Source: Eledone cirrhosa
Lineage: Eukaryota
Assembly: GCA_964016885.1 (NCBI GenBank)
Contig: OZ024746.1
Span: 46,252,001 to 46,316,000, forward strand
Length of the DNA: 64,000 nt
Reading direction: 5' to 3'
In this document: positions 1 to 11,003 of the stretch, one piece after another
How positions within the stretch are numbered: position 1 is the stretch's first letter
Layout: each line of letters starts with the position of its first letter
Position numbers and translations under genes: made by a program
The notes under the pieces: generated by a model
What the model saw: only the letters and a program-made list of their open reading frames with translations
What the model was told of the DNA's origin: nothing
The model's database searches: none

Positions 1-1490
1 ATTTATTATTGTTTTTTTCTGAAATACAGAACATACTTTTAGTCTCTTTCTAAGAAGAAGACCAGATATTTATTAGAAAAGTAGAACATTTAAACTGTCT
101 TTTCCTAAGAGGGTAGAGAAGGAGATAAGAATCTATTCAATCAATGTAGACCAACAACTCTAAAATATTACTATCACCAGACAATTTATCTAACAGCTTC
201 AATAAAGAGTGAACAATAACAGCTAAATCTATTTTACTTATAAATGAAAACTTCTCTTCATATACTCAATTAATGTTCCTACTTTCAATGGATTAACGAA
301 AGGTGTTGCCAAAAGATATTTTTTTATCAATGAAGACAAATGTTCATTTCTGCAACAAAGTAGCTGTGATAATACATTTTCCTTGAGCATTATAAGTTAT
401 TTATTTGTACATTATGATGCACAGCCATGATGAGGACTTATGGGAAAATAAAAGAAGAATGAAAAATCTTTTGATGAATATATTTTACTGATTTGCTATG
501 CTCTTAGAACTTTTAATTTCAGAGAATAGTTCTTCATGTGTGAACTAGAAGTTGTATATTTCTTCTTCCTGGGAAGGTAGTAGGTAGTATGCAGAGAGTC
601 CTGAGACACGCATTCCAGATGTGTATATACTTTTGGGGAACACCCTGTATATTTGGTGATGATATATATATTTTATAACACCAATACTACTACTTAGTGC
701 ATATTATTGTGGCACCAGCAATAGAGAGCTTGTCATATGCTAGACTAGATATTGTCTCTGTTTGATTTTGATTGCCAAACTCTGAAGTCTCTGATCTCTC
801 ATCACATTTAATTTTAGTGTCACAGCATTTGTGCTGCTGGACATGTTTGTGCATTATGGCATATTACCACTCAGCTTGGTAAGTAGGATAAAGATGCCTG
901 CTATATTTACTGAAATAAAGAAATGAGAAATATAAAGCCTTGTCAAACAAATTTACAAAATTATGTTGCCATATCTAAAGCAATAATTTCATCCAGTAGC
1001 AGGATTATGTCTAAATAAAAAGGATTTTCTATAACATATATATGCATAACATTTAGATAAAACATTCTGGTTAGCTATGGATTGAAATTTTAACAAACTC
1101 TACGACATAATGTAATTGATTAAATCTCAAAGTAATGCTACTATCAATTTATTAATGCACTTATCAGAATATTTTACATCAGTTTTGGTGACAATTTCTA
1201 TGTAATTTTTCACTTGCAGATTTTGGAATTTTGCCAGTAAATATCATGAGAATATTTATTTCTGCCAATATAATTCCTACTGAATTTTCTCCCAAGATAT
1301 CACTTTAATTTCTTCTCTTGAAATCTTTGAGACTATAATTTACTAAAGTAAAGAATTTTACATTTGAGTCATGGATATTTTCCAACAACACTTATCTACA
1401 CTCCCGATTTAGCTTATCTTAGATATGGAGACCTTCCAATCCACTGCACCAAGATTTTGAATAACAGACAGCAGACATTGTCTAGTCTGT

Positions 1491-1527
<37 letters not shown>

Positions 1528-1563
1528 GGAGAGAATGACAGAATTAATGTTAATGTCTTAAAG

Positions 1564-1637
<74 letters not shown>

Positions 1638-1688
1638 TTTACTTTGTGTGAAGTGTTAATATATATATATATATTCATTTTATATATA

Positions 1689-2064
1689 CATGGCTTAGTG
1701 GTTAGAGCCTTGCAATCGAAAGGTTGTAAGTTCAATTCTCAGACCGGGTGATGTGTTGTTTCCTTGAGCAAGACACTTTATTTCACATTGCTCCAGTTTA
1801 CTCAGCTGTAGAAATGAGATGATAGGGACTGGGGTCCCTATCATTCCACTGCAAAGTGGTTGTGGAGGTGCCACGGCAAAAAAAGCACCCAGTCCACACT
1901 GTAAAGTGGACGTGTAGGTGCCACAGAAAAAAAGCACCCAGCACTCACTGTAAATGAGGTTGGTGTTAGGAAGGGCATCCAGTTGTAGAAATCAAGCCAG
2001 AAGCAGTTCCCGTCCCACCCTTGCAAGCCGGGAAAAGCGGATGTAAAATGATGATGATGATGAT
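1689..2064 (+). mobile_element. tRNA-derived CORE-type SINE with RTE-derived 3' tail (family A)
   Basis: A box TGGCTTAGTGG, B-box-like AGTTCAATTC, CORE-like CCTTGAGCAAGACACTT...CAGCTGTAGAAATG; the 3' half matches the RTE 3' UTR at ~53690-53850; (ATG)n tail; flanked by (TA)n. Confidence 0.85.
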
Positions 2065-2439
2065 TATATATATATATATATATATTCAGTACACCCACAC
2101 ATACAAATTGCAGTTTCCTGGCTCTGAAAGTACTCCAACCTCTTACAGTCATAGTTCAAAGTAACATTTAGTTGTTATTGTAGCTTTCATTTTTAGTCTT
2201 CAGCATTGAATAATCATAATCTACTGACAGTAGATATTTCCTTTTAACTCTTAATACAGAATAGTCACATTTATAATTGACTTACTCTTCATGAGAAAAT
2301 GTTCCATCACAAATCATATACTGACTAATGAATTCAAGTATTGCTATTGAGCTAGAAAATATTATTTAAATCTTGCCATTATCATTGAATTGTACCACTT
2401 GGAGAGAATGACAGAATTAATGTTAATGTCTTAAAGAAT

Positions 2440-2630
2440 CTATTCTCTTTTAATCTTTTAATGTGTTCTGTCATCGGACTGTGGTTGTGCTGTGATACTG
2501 CCTTTAAGAGTTTTAGTTAGTTTAATAAATGTCTCTACATGTTTCAGGTGATTCTTTATTCATCAGTTTAATTTTAGTGAACTGTGAGGTTAAGGTTTTG
2601 ACAAAAGGTGTTTAACACTGATTTACAGAC
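2440..2630 (-). mobile_element. Degenerate SINE 3' fragment
   Basis: Resembles, from memory, the tail of an abundant octopus SINE (TTTCAGTCATTTGACTGCGGCCATGCTGG-like); strongly diverged. Confidence 0.35.
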
Positions 2631-2890
2631 ACACACACACATATATATATATATATACATATACATCTGCTTTGCTTGCTAGTAAGGGGTGGACGGGTCT
2701 ACATAATCCTTCCTATACTCAACCAACAATAAAATGTCCCAAGGCTAAAATTATTGTAGTTAACCTAGTTAAAACATTAAACAATTCATGTCTAAATAAA
2801 AAATACTAACCAGATAATACCCTGAAATAATTCCAATGGCTAACTATATAATCAAATAAACTTTTATAAATGATATATATATATATACAC

Positions 2891-3121
2891 GAAAAGTAAA
2901 CAGATAAACAATACAGGGAAATGATACAGTGCAATGAAGATATATATTAGATTGACATTTGATATAGTTGGAAAAGTGTCTTCATGTTTCAGACATTAGT
3001 CCTTCATCCGAAAAGAGAATAAGAGATACCAGAAATAGAAAGATAGGTGAGAGTAAGAAGAGAAAGAAATGGAAAAAAGATTTTGGGAGAGCATGCCTGT
3101 GTGTTTAGTTAGCTATTTGGG
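2891..3121 (-). repeat. ~240-bp dispersed repeat with a degenerate minimal hammerhead (family H1)
   Basis: Alignable by eye to 49657-49884 and, inverted, to 49395-49636; minus strand 2979-3014 reads TTTT CGGATGAA GGAC TAAT GTCT GAAAC ATGA AGA. Confidence 0.6.
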
Positions 3122-3470
3122 GAGGCATATATGTTACTTCTGTCCAATCTTTTTAACTCACATTAATCTTTTTCTCTTTCTCTCTTTCTTCTATTATTCT
3201 CTCACACTGGCTTTATTCCCATCCAGTAATGTAGTAAAGAAAGGAACAGCCAAATGGACACAATATACAGTACAGACAAGCCTTTAGACTTATGCTTAAC
3301 ACAACCACCCTAGTATTGGTAACACAATACCAGTATGATCTATAAAGTGGTTGACAATAGGAAGATCATGCAGTTATAGAACTCATGTCAAGGCTTTAAC
3401 ATATGAGCACAATGTCGCCTTACAAGCTGTCTACCAGAGAAGTAACTATGAATAAGAACTGACACAGACA

Positions 3471-3770
3471 GTCATCCTCATCATCATCAACATTTTTAGA
3501 TCAATTTTTCCATGCTTGCATGGGTTAGACTGTGCCTTTTCAGCACAGCATTTTTCTACTCGCTGCATTCCTTTGTCATCTCCTCTGTGAGTCTCAGTGA
3601 TTTAAGATCAACTCTCACCACCTTTGCTCAGGTCTTCCTTGGTCTACCTCTAATGCGGCTTCCTTCAACTGGTATTTCTTGGCACTTCTTTGCCAATCGA
3701 TCATCATTTATTTGCATCACATGTCTGTACCAATGCAAAGAACACCACTTAGGATTCCTCTTAAACCCAG
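3471..3770 (-). mobile_element. 5'-truncated RTE LINE 3' end
   Basis: Minus strand encodes LHWYRHVMQ...RGRPRKT (RTE C-terminus), then CTAACCCATGCAAGCATGGAAA and a (GAT)n tail; similar to 56600-56880. Confidence 0.85.
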
Positions 3771-4420
3771 CATCGGCGTTTCCCTGAGGCTCGGCCTCCG
3801 GATCTGCCAGCCACACCAATGTCGCTGCGGTTCCACCGTGGACTCTTTCGGACTCCACTCGCTTTCTTGTCGCCACAATGCTGGCCGCATTCCATGCCAT
3901 GCTGCCCTCAACGAGGTCATTAAGCATGGCTTGGACGCTGCAGGCTTCCCTTCCCAGCTCGAGCTGGTGGGGCTGGATCGAGGGGACGGCAAAAGGCCAG
4001 ATGGCATGACCATCTTCCCGTTCCGCGGTGGCAAACCCCTCGTCTGGGATGCCACTTGCACTGACATTTTCTGCAGCTGCAACCTGGTACAGTCTGCGAC
4101 TGACCCAGGTTCTGCTGCACGTTGGGCTGAGGAGACCAAACTCCTCAAATACTGGTCGCTCTCCGACAGGTTTGCGGTCGTACCCCTGGCAGTGGAGACT
4201 TCTGGTGTCCTTGGCCCCAGGGCTACCTTCTTACTCACCACCATAGGTGCTGAGCTGGCCAGCTGCAGGTGTGGGCCCCGTGAGTTGCAGTGGCTCTTCC
4301 AACGTGTCTCCCTCGCCATCCTCCAGGGAAATGCCTTCTCCATTCTATCCGCCGGTGCTGTGGGTGGGCCCCATCGCGTACCGATGTAGTTGTTGTAGAG
4401 ACCCTTCTAATTAAATACAC
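3771..4420 (+). mobile_element. 5'-truncated CRE-clade non-LTR retrotransposon (CCHC finger + restriction-like endonuclease)
   Basis: LRLG..C..HQCRCG....FGLHSLSC, HAALNEVI, DGKRPDG, LVWDATC, PLAVETSGVLGP, VSLAILQGNA motifs; GC-rich; frame open to 4389. Confidence 0.8.
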
Positions 4421-4554
4421 ATTCTGAATTATTGTACAGAGTACAAATAGATTTATTTACAAATGATGATGATCGTCACTCCCACAATGAGGACAATGGC
4501 AATGAGGTTGATAATGATTGATAATGAGGAGGGCGAGGAGGAAGAGGGGAGTAT

Positions 4555-4695
4555 GACAACCTTTTGCACAGATTCTGTCAAGTAAATTCCATTCATTAGT
4601 CAACCCAAGGAAGATATTTTTTTAAGGTGCTCCACAACTAGATCAAACTTAGAACCATGTAGTTGTGAAGTGAACTTTATAACCACACAGCCATA
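4555..4695 (-). mobile_element. Degenerate tRNA-derived SINE head (same family as 46905-47063)
   Basis: Minus strand TATGGCTGTGTGGTTATAAAG...ACATGGTTCTAAGTT...GCACCTT. Confidence 0.45.
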
Positions 4696-5009
4696 TCTCT
4701 AAAAATATTTACGCTAAAAATATACCTTCCCAAATATGAATGTTTTTTCTTTTAAGCATAGGGAAATTTAATATTCGAGAAAATATTCCATTTATTACAA
4801 CAGATATTTTAATTACATACACACATAATTACATCTTGGTAGCATCATTAAAAACAACCATTTATGGTGATATTAATTTCTATTTTAATAAATAGGCATC
4901 AAGATATTTCATTACAAGTATACAGTAGTGGTTCACAAATTTTCACTACAGCATTACAACACACACTGTAAGAGGTATCTAGGTGCAGGGCTGATATTTC
5001 AAATATAAT

Positions 5010-5238
5010 TTAACCCTTTAGCATTCACATTATTCTATATTTACTATTGTAGTTGTGTGGTAAAGACTTTTCTCTCATAATTATCTCACATAATACCAAA
5101 TCTAAAAGATTTTGCTATTATTTATTTTTTAGAACAATACCTTAACATCAGTACAAGTGGCCAGTTACGGTTGGTTTGAATAGAAAGAGGTGAGACTATT
5201 CTGGCTGGATACAGTCGGTTTAAATGCTAAAGGCTTTA
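5010..5238. mobile_element. piggyBac-like MITE (~220 bp)
   Basis: TTAA CCCTTTAGCATT...AAATGCTAAAGG terminal inverted repeats; reverse complement of the copies at 19302 and 43816. Confidence 0.75.
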
Positions 5239-5929
5239 CAAAATCTATACTAACATCTAAAAAATGTATTATCCATAAGCAAGTATGATTCATAAAACAA
5301 AGTAATCAAGAGAGATTTTTTTAGAATATTTTTTCTGAATTTTTAAAATCTTTCTTTGTGAAGTGTTCCAGTAATATTTTTATTTGATCTCCAGTATGGC
5401 GCAAAGTCAAAAATATTTGAGAACCACAGGCCTACAGTGTTTTCACTGAAGCTATTTCTTTAATAACTAATAAATATATATTAAATATTGCAAAACAATG
5501 ATGGAAATGTGAATATAACACAACATGACACTCAACTACATAACATAGTGTATCATCTATGGTGATATAAGGGTAGGATAAAAAGTTCAAAGACTGACTA
5601 TAAAGGAGTGATGCTAAAACTGTGCAATCTTGCATGCATTAATTTCAACTCTTCTTATTAATACCTGCATTATTTCTTCCCAAGGACTATGTTATTTGGT
5701 CATTCAATGAGAGTATCATGGTCAGCCTATGAACAGCTGACCCTTTCACACCATGTGGAACAAAGTCAACTCCACTAAAAGCACCTAATGACCATGTCAT
5801 TGAGTAAAACCAGGCAAGAGATTAAGTCAAGCACACAGGAATGATTCTCCTATTCATTAGAAAAATATATACTTGATCATCTTTTGTTAAATTGAATAGT
5901 CACCCCAATCCATTTTTTCTAGTGTCACT

Positions 5930-6220
5930 GTCAATAATTCCCTTTTTCGCCCACTTACTCCTGAGAAGGTCATGGAGGCAGAGTCCTAAAATACTCCTTC
6001 AAGCAGGTCCTGTCAGAAGCAACCATCTTCAAATGATCTGGCTGGATCCACAATGTTATCAAACAATCTTGCTCAGGGTCTACCCCTGGCTTTCCTGCCG
6101 GTTAGTTTTGCCTATAAAATCTGTCCAGAAATTCTTTTCTGAAACATTCTAACCACATGCTCATAGTACTGGAGCTGTGATCTCTCAATTTGGAGAAGTA
6201 GTGGCTCTACCTGGAGTAAA
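5930..6220 (-). mobile_element. Old RTE-like LINE 3' fragment
   Basis: Minus strand RGRP...DNIVD motif; related to 40620-40835. Confidence 0.4.
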
Positions 6221-6744
6221 TCTACTGATACTGCCAATCAGTAAACAGAGAATACAATCCATTCACCTTTGCTATTCTATGACCTTTGGCAAGTTAATTG
6301 AATCTCATTACCCAAATCTCCATTGTTGTGAACAGACACAATGAAGAGGTGCATGTGCATGCAGGAGTAGTGGAACTGTGGGCCAGAGTGGCCATGGCTC
6401 CCCCCAATAATTATATTTTTCTCCCCAAACTACCAAAACACATCTATTTATATATGTGTTACAATTTATGTACATGTTATGTTCACTGCATATAAAGTTT
6501 TTTTTATATCTTGGTTGATAACAGCTAAACTTATCATACAACTAATTTGACCAAAATGCCCTCCCCACCCACATTCAGAAATGCTTCCATTGCTCCTGTG
6601 CTGTACAGGTGACATGTTTTTCCCCCATTTAAACAAATATATATTTGAGTATATATTGGAAAGCATACACTTGATGTTAATAAGTTCAATGACCCCCGAT
6701 AGATTCATCAAGATAGGGGTACTATTGATACTTGATAGTGTTCC

Positions 6745-7628
6745 CAGAACCCAGATCCCCTCAAGGAAATGGCCTTGCTCAGTATGTAGAAAAGGTGTAG
6801 GTAGGAACTCCATTCTCTGCCCCAAATGCAAACAATGGGTACACAAGAGATGTAGCGGGATCTCAGGAAGCTTAAATAAGAATGTAGGATTCACATGCAG
6901 CAGCTGTGCTGGGACAGCAAGCAGCAAACAGCCACAGGAAACAAGTACCACCAATCTCTGGGAGGGCTCTGTAGAAACAGTAGACAGCTTCTGCTACCTA
7001 GGTGACCGAATTAGCAGCGGAGGTGGGTGTTTAGAAAGTACAATAACTAGGGTAAAAACGGGATGGAAGAAGTTTAGGGAACTACTACCACTGCTAGCTG
7101 CAAAAGGCTTCTCCCTCAAAATAAAAGGCAGACTGTATGATGCGTGTATCCGAACAGCGATGTTGCATGGTAGTGAGACCTGGGCGCTGAAGGTGGAAGA
7201 CTTACGTAGATTAGAAAGAAACGAAGCCTGCATGCTTCGATGGATGTGTAATAGTAATATACGCAAACGACAAAGCATAAATGAATTGAGAGAGAGACTG
7301 AGCATGAGAGGAATCAAATGCTGTGTGCAGGAGAGGCGGTTGCGTTGGTATGGACATGTGATGCGTATGAAGGATGACAGCTGCATAAAAAGGTGCAGAG
7401 CATTAGAAGTCAATGGAAACCGCAAAGTGGGGAGACCCAAGAAGACCTGGGATGAGGTGATAAAAGCCGACCTTACCCAATTACACCTCTCAAAGGCGAT
7501 GACACACAACCGTGACCTCTGGCGTCACACAGTAATACAGAGTACCCGACCTGCCATGGGGACAACCCATCTAACCCATGCTAGCATGGAAGAACGGACG
7601 TAAAACGGTGATGATGATGATGATGATG
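6745..7628 (+). mobile_element. 5'-truncated RTE LINE (PHD-like finger, RT thumb, C-terminus, shortened 3' UTR)
   Basis: Near-identical to 52836-53651; FCYLG, MLHGSETW, LRWYGHV, GRPKKTW motifs; (GAT)n tail; possible TSD AGTGTT at 6737-6742 and 7629-7634. Confidence 0.93.
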
Positions 7629-9356
7629 AGTGTTAAATAGAAAAACATGGAATTATTGATTGTTGATTGTCTTTCAGTTATTTTTTCACCCACCTCATCA
7701 CTATGTAACTTAATCAGTCTTTATTAATAGCTTGAATCAAACATATCCAGCTATTACTTTTTTCTAAATAAAAGTTTGTCTTTCCTCTTTTAATTTCAGA
7801 TTCCTCTTGTCTTCACATGAAAACCTGTGATCATATATTTTCACTGTTATGCCTGCAATATTTCAGATAATAAAATGTCTATATTTCAAAGACATAATGA
7901 GGAACTCTCATTAATTCAGCAGAAGGCTAGGTGTATTATGCTAATACGAAAAAGTTGGTAAGATCTCTTGAACAGTCTGAGATGGTTTCAAAGTATATTT
8001 CAACAAAGTAATCTGTAAATCAATGATATGGTTTTACTAAAGAAATAATGTTTCACTGACTGGGCAGGAATTCTAAATATCTAAATTGCTTCTATCTCTT
8101 GTTACTGAACACAAAGAAAAGAAACTTGTTCATTAAAATGTATGAATATGCAAAGAAAATGCCAATAAAGGAGAATACACATATTTAGAATTTCAAACTG
8201 GTAGATAACTTTAAAGAATTGTACACCATTTTGAAATGCAGACGTTACTTTTATATAGATAAGGCTAATCAACAGGGTAGTCCACTATACAAATGATGTT
8301 ATATAATTTACATCACATCCAAGAAATTGTTGGCTTAGTGTTATAATAAACTAGGCAGATAATATTTGTTATGAACGTGTTTTTTCTAATTCTATGCAAT
8401 ATCTAACTCTTTTACTGTGTTTCATTACATTAACTATGATTTTATAACTAAGGAGATAAAATCTAGCATTGGTGGTTTTGTTTCTTGAAAGAAAATATTT
8501 CCAAAATATAAATCTAGAAAAACTGAAAGATTTTTTTTCGATGTGAGTGGTGTTGATGGGAATTAATGTCAATTTTTTCCCCCATGATAACATGGGTTGA
8601 ATAGGACTCAGAAATGACATATTATTATTCATTTTTACCATACAGAACCTTGTTGAAGAGGCCTAACACTAAAGGATCTTACTGTGATATTTATTTCTAT
8701 TTTTATCATGACATTCCTCTCTAATAAATATTTCAACTACTGCTACACTTTACATTAGCAGAAGATATCCATATGCATCAGATGACCATATCAGTACAGA
8801 TCATTTTCTGCTATACACATTGGTTGATGCACTTGACTTCTAGTAGCAGTTTCAATTTTTTCTTTTCTTTTTGCATTTCACTTTTTATGGAAGTTGATGT
8901 AAGATGTACATCATATATTTCATTCACATGTTGCAAGCATGATTCTATACTGATAACGAATACCATCCCATCAAGCCTAGACAATATGCAAATGTGCATC
9001 CTCAAAAATGTATTATTTGAAATATCTCTATGCTGTTAGCATCTCTACTTCAGTACTGAGTAAGTAAATGTCACCGATGATAGATAAATATCCTGAAATC
9101 TTAGAATTTAGTATTCTCACACAGTCACTGTGGCAGCTGTGACATGATCACAGCTTAAAATACTCACAGCAACACTCTCCACTGAATGTGGGGTGGTGAA
9201 GGTAGAAGTGGGGTTCTACATATGCATGTGTACTATGCCACAAGTACTTTGAGAAAAGAACACCATACTTCCAGACTGGGCATAACAAAAGATCAAAATA
9301 ACAGAGGTAAACTTTGCTCCATCATTATGTTCTTCTGTTTTTCTGTTCAAGTTCTA

Positions 9357-9417
9357 GCTGTCTGATGAGGTCATGGCTGTTGAATAATGGTTATCACTGA
9401 AATATATATATAACAGT
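9357..9417 (+). ncRNA. Candidate type I hammerhead ribozyme (family H2)
   Basis: GCTGT-CTGATGA-GGTCATGGCT(loop)GGTTATCACT-GAAA-TATATATA-TA-ACAGT: both core boxes, helix I GCTGT/ACAGT, helix II with wobbles, palindromic helix III. Confidence 0.55.
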
Positions 9418-9558
9418 GAATATGAATAAACAAAGATAATCTTAACCTGATGACTTACACCTCTTGATTTTAAATTAATCCAGAGTAAACAAATCCACAT
9501 CTGCACTTCACTGACTGCTCTACCCTGCATACTGAAGTGTCAGTAACTAACAAACACA

Positions 9559-9635
<77 letters not shown>

Positions 9636-9812
9636 TAAAATAACAGATCAAAGTTTAAACAAAGAATCACTAGCGATTTTTACTTAAAATTTAATCTAAG
9701 AATCGTTATTTTAATAAATATTTGCTCTAGGGTTCTTATATGTTTGATATATATTTATCCTTATAAAGCCCTCTTTGGATTTTAGTCTTCACATTTATTA
9801 TTATTACTATAT

Positions 9813-10108
9813 ATGGAGGCACATGGCTTAGTGGTTAGAGCATTGACCTTGCAATCGAAAAGTTGTGAGTTCAATTCTCAGACCGGGTGATGTGTTGTTT
9901 CCTTGAGCAAGACACTTTATTTCACATTGCTCCAGTTTACTCAGCTGTAGAAATGAGATGATAGGGACTGGGGTCCATATCATTCCACTGCAAAGTGGTC
10001 GTGTAGTTGCCACGGCAAAAAAGCACCCAGCACTCACTGTAAATGAGGTTGGTGTTAGGAAGGGCATCCAGCTGTAGAAATCAAGCCAGAATCAGTTCCC
10101 GTCTCACT
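9813..10108 (+). mobile_element. CORE-type SINE family A, 3' tail missing
   Basis: Near-identical to 1689-2020 and to the reverse complement of 58263-58601. Confidence 0.88.
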
Positions 10109-10559
10109 CATGTGCCTCCATAATATCTATCTATATATATATATACACAAACACACGTACATATATATGGAATGAGTATTTGTATATTCTAGAATGTTAA
10201 TGCAACATTATTCAGAATAGTTTTACATTAGTAATCCGGGACACAAAATCTGAGACTACCAAACTGCATTTGTGACAGTCTGATAACATTATTGAAGAAA
10301 AGATGTCAAAAGACAGATATCTTCTTTTACATTGAAAAACATGCATGCACACATTATCTAAATATTATACTATACATTTATGTACTTCTATGCGATTACC
10401 AAATGTTTCATATGTTAATTATTTTCTCAGACAAGATAAAGCAGATTTTCGTTATCTGCCGAATACATTAGCATATGACACTTCAGGTAACTCCTGCTAA
10501 TCTAAATTCATGTCTACTTACATAGCACACACACACACACATTTATATATCGTAGTTGT

Positions 10560-10562
10560 ATA

Positions 10563-10624
<62 letters not shown>

Positions 10625-10640
10625 TATATATATATATATA
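10560..10640. repeat. (TA)n microsatellite at the left Penelope junction
   Basis: Direct observation. Confidence 0.95.
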
Positions 10641-10981
10641 TATTGTTATACTTTGGGAGGGTCATGTTGCCAATAAGAAACACACGCACTAGTTGCTTTC
10701 ACTTCAATTTATTATATATTTATAAATTTATAAATTTACAAATCTACAAACTTATAAATTTCTGGTTGGTTGGTTGGTTCCACAACCAGATAGTTGTTTA
10801 TATATAGTCATAGTCCTTTCGTCACACACTCTGTGACCTCTTCAGTGACTGGGGATTCCTTTCTTTGTTTCTGTGCCTTTCCTTTCTTCTGTCCTACGCC
10901 ATTTTGTTTCTGTGTGTGTGTTGTGTGCTCAGTTTGCGCATGTGCCACATCCGGGTGTCTGTGTGTGTTTGTGTTCATTTA
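10640..10981 (-). repeat. Inverted pseudo-LTR
   Basis: Reverse complement of 12431-12768 / 16511-16852; joined to the truncated ORF with ~1 nt overlap. Confidence 0.95.
10806..10850 (-). ncRNA. Minimal type I hammerhead ribozyme in the inverted pLTR
   Basis: AGTCA-CTGAAGAG-GTCACA gagtg TGTGAC-GAAA-GGAC-TA-TGACT; 5-bp helix I. Confidence 0.75.
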
Positions 10982-11003
10982 AAACCACGATGAACTGAAG
11001 AAA

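Noticed and set aside
818-878. Possible host exon (TTTTAG...G|GTAAGT, open in two frames)
   Set aside because: Too short, no recognisable protein and no partner exons; needs RNA-seq
3717-4343. 208-aa antisense ORF and the other antisense ORFs over RTE/Penelope
   Set aside because: Shadow frames of retroelement coding sequence with no recognisable motifs
6581-7603. 340-aa ORF as a host PHD-finger gene
   Set aside because: From 6745 it is an RTE fragment; the N-terminus is chance open flank
9813-9890. tRNA genes at SINE heads
   Set aside because: No complete cloverleaf; they continue into CORE and tail sequence in multiple copies
10430-10492. Hammerhead-like CTGAAGT...GAAA on the minus strand
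   Set aside because: Core mutated, helix II mismatched and no helix I found
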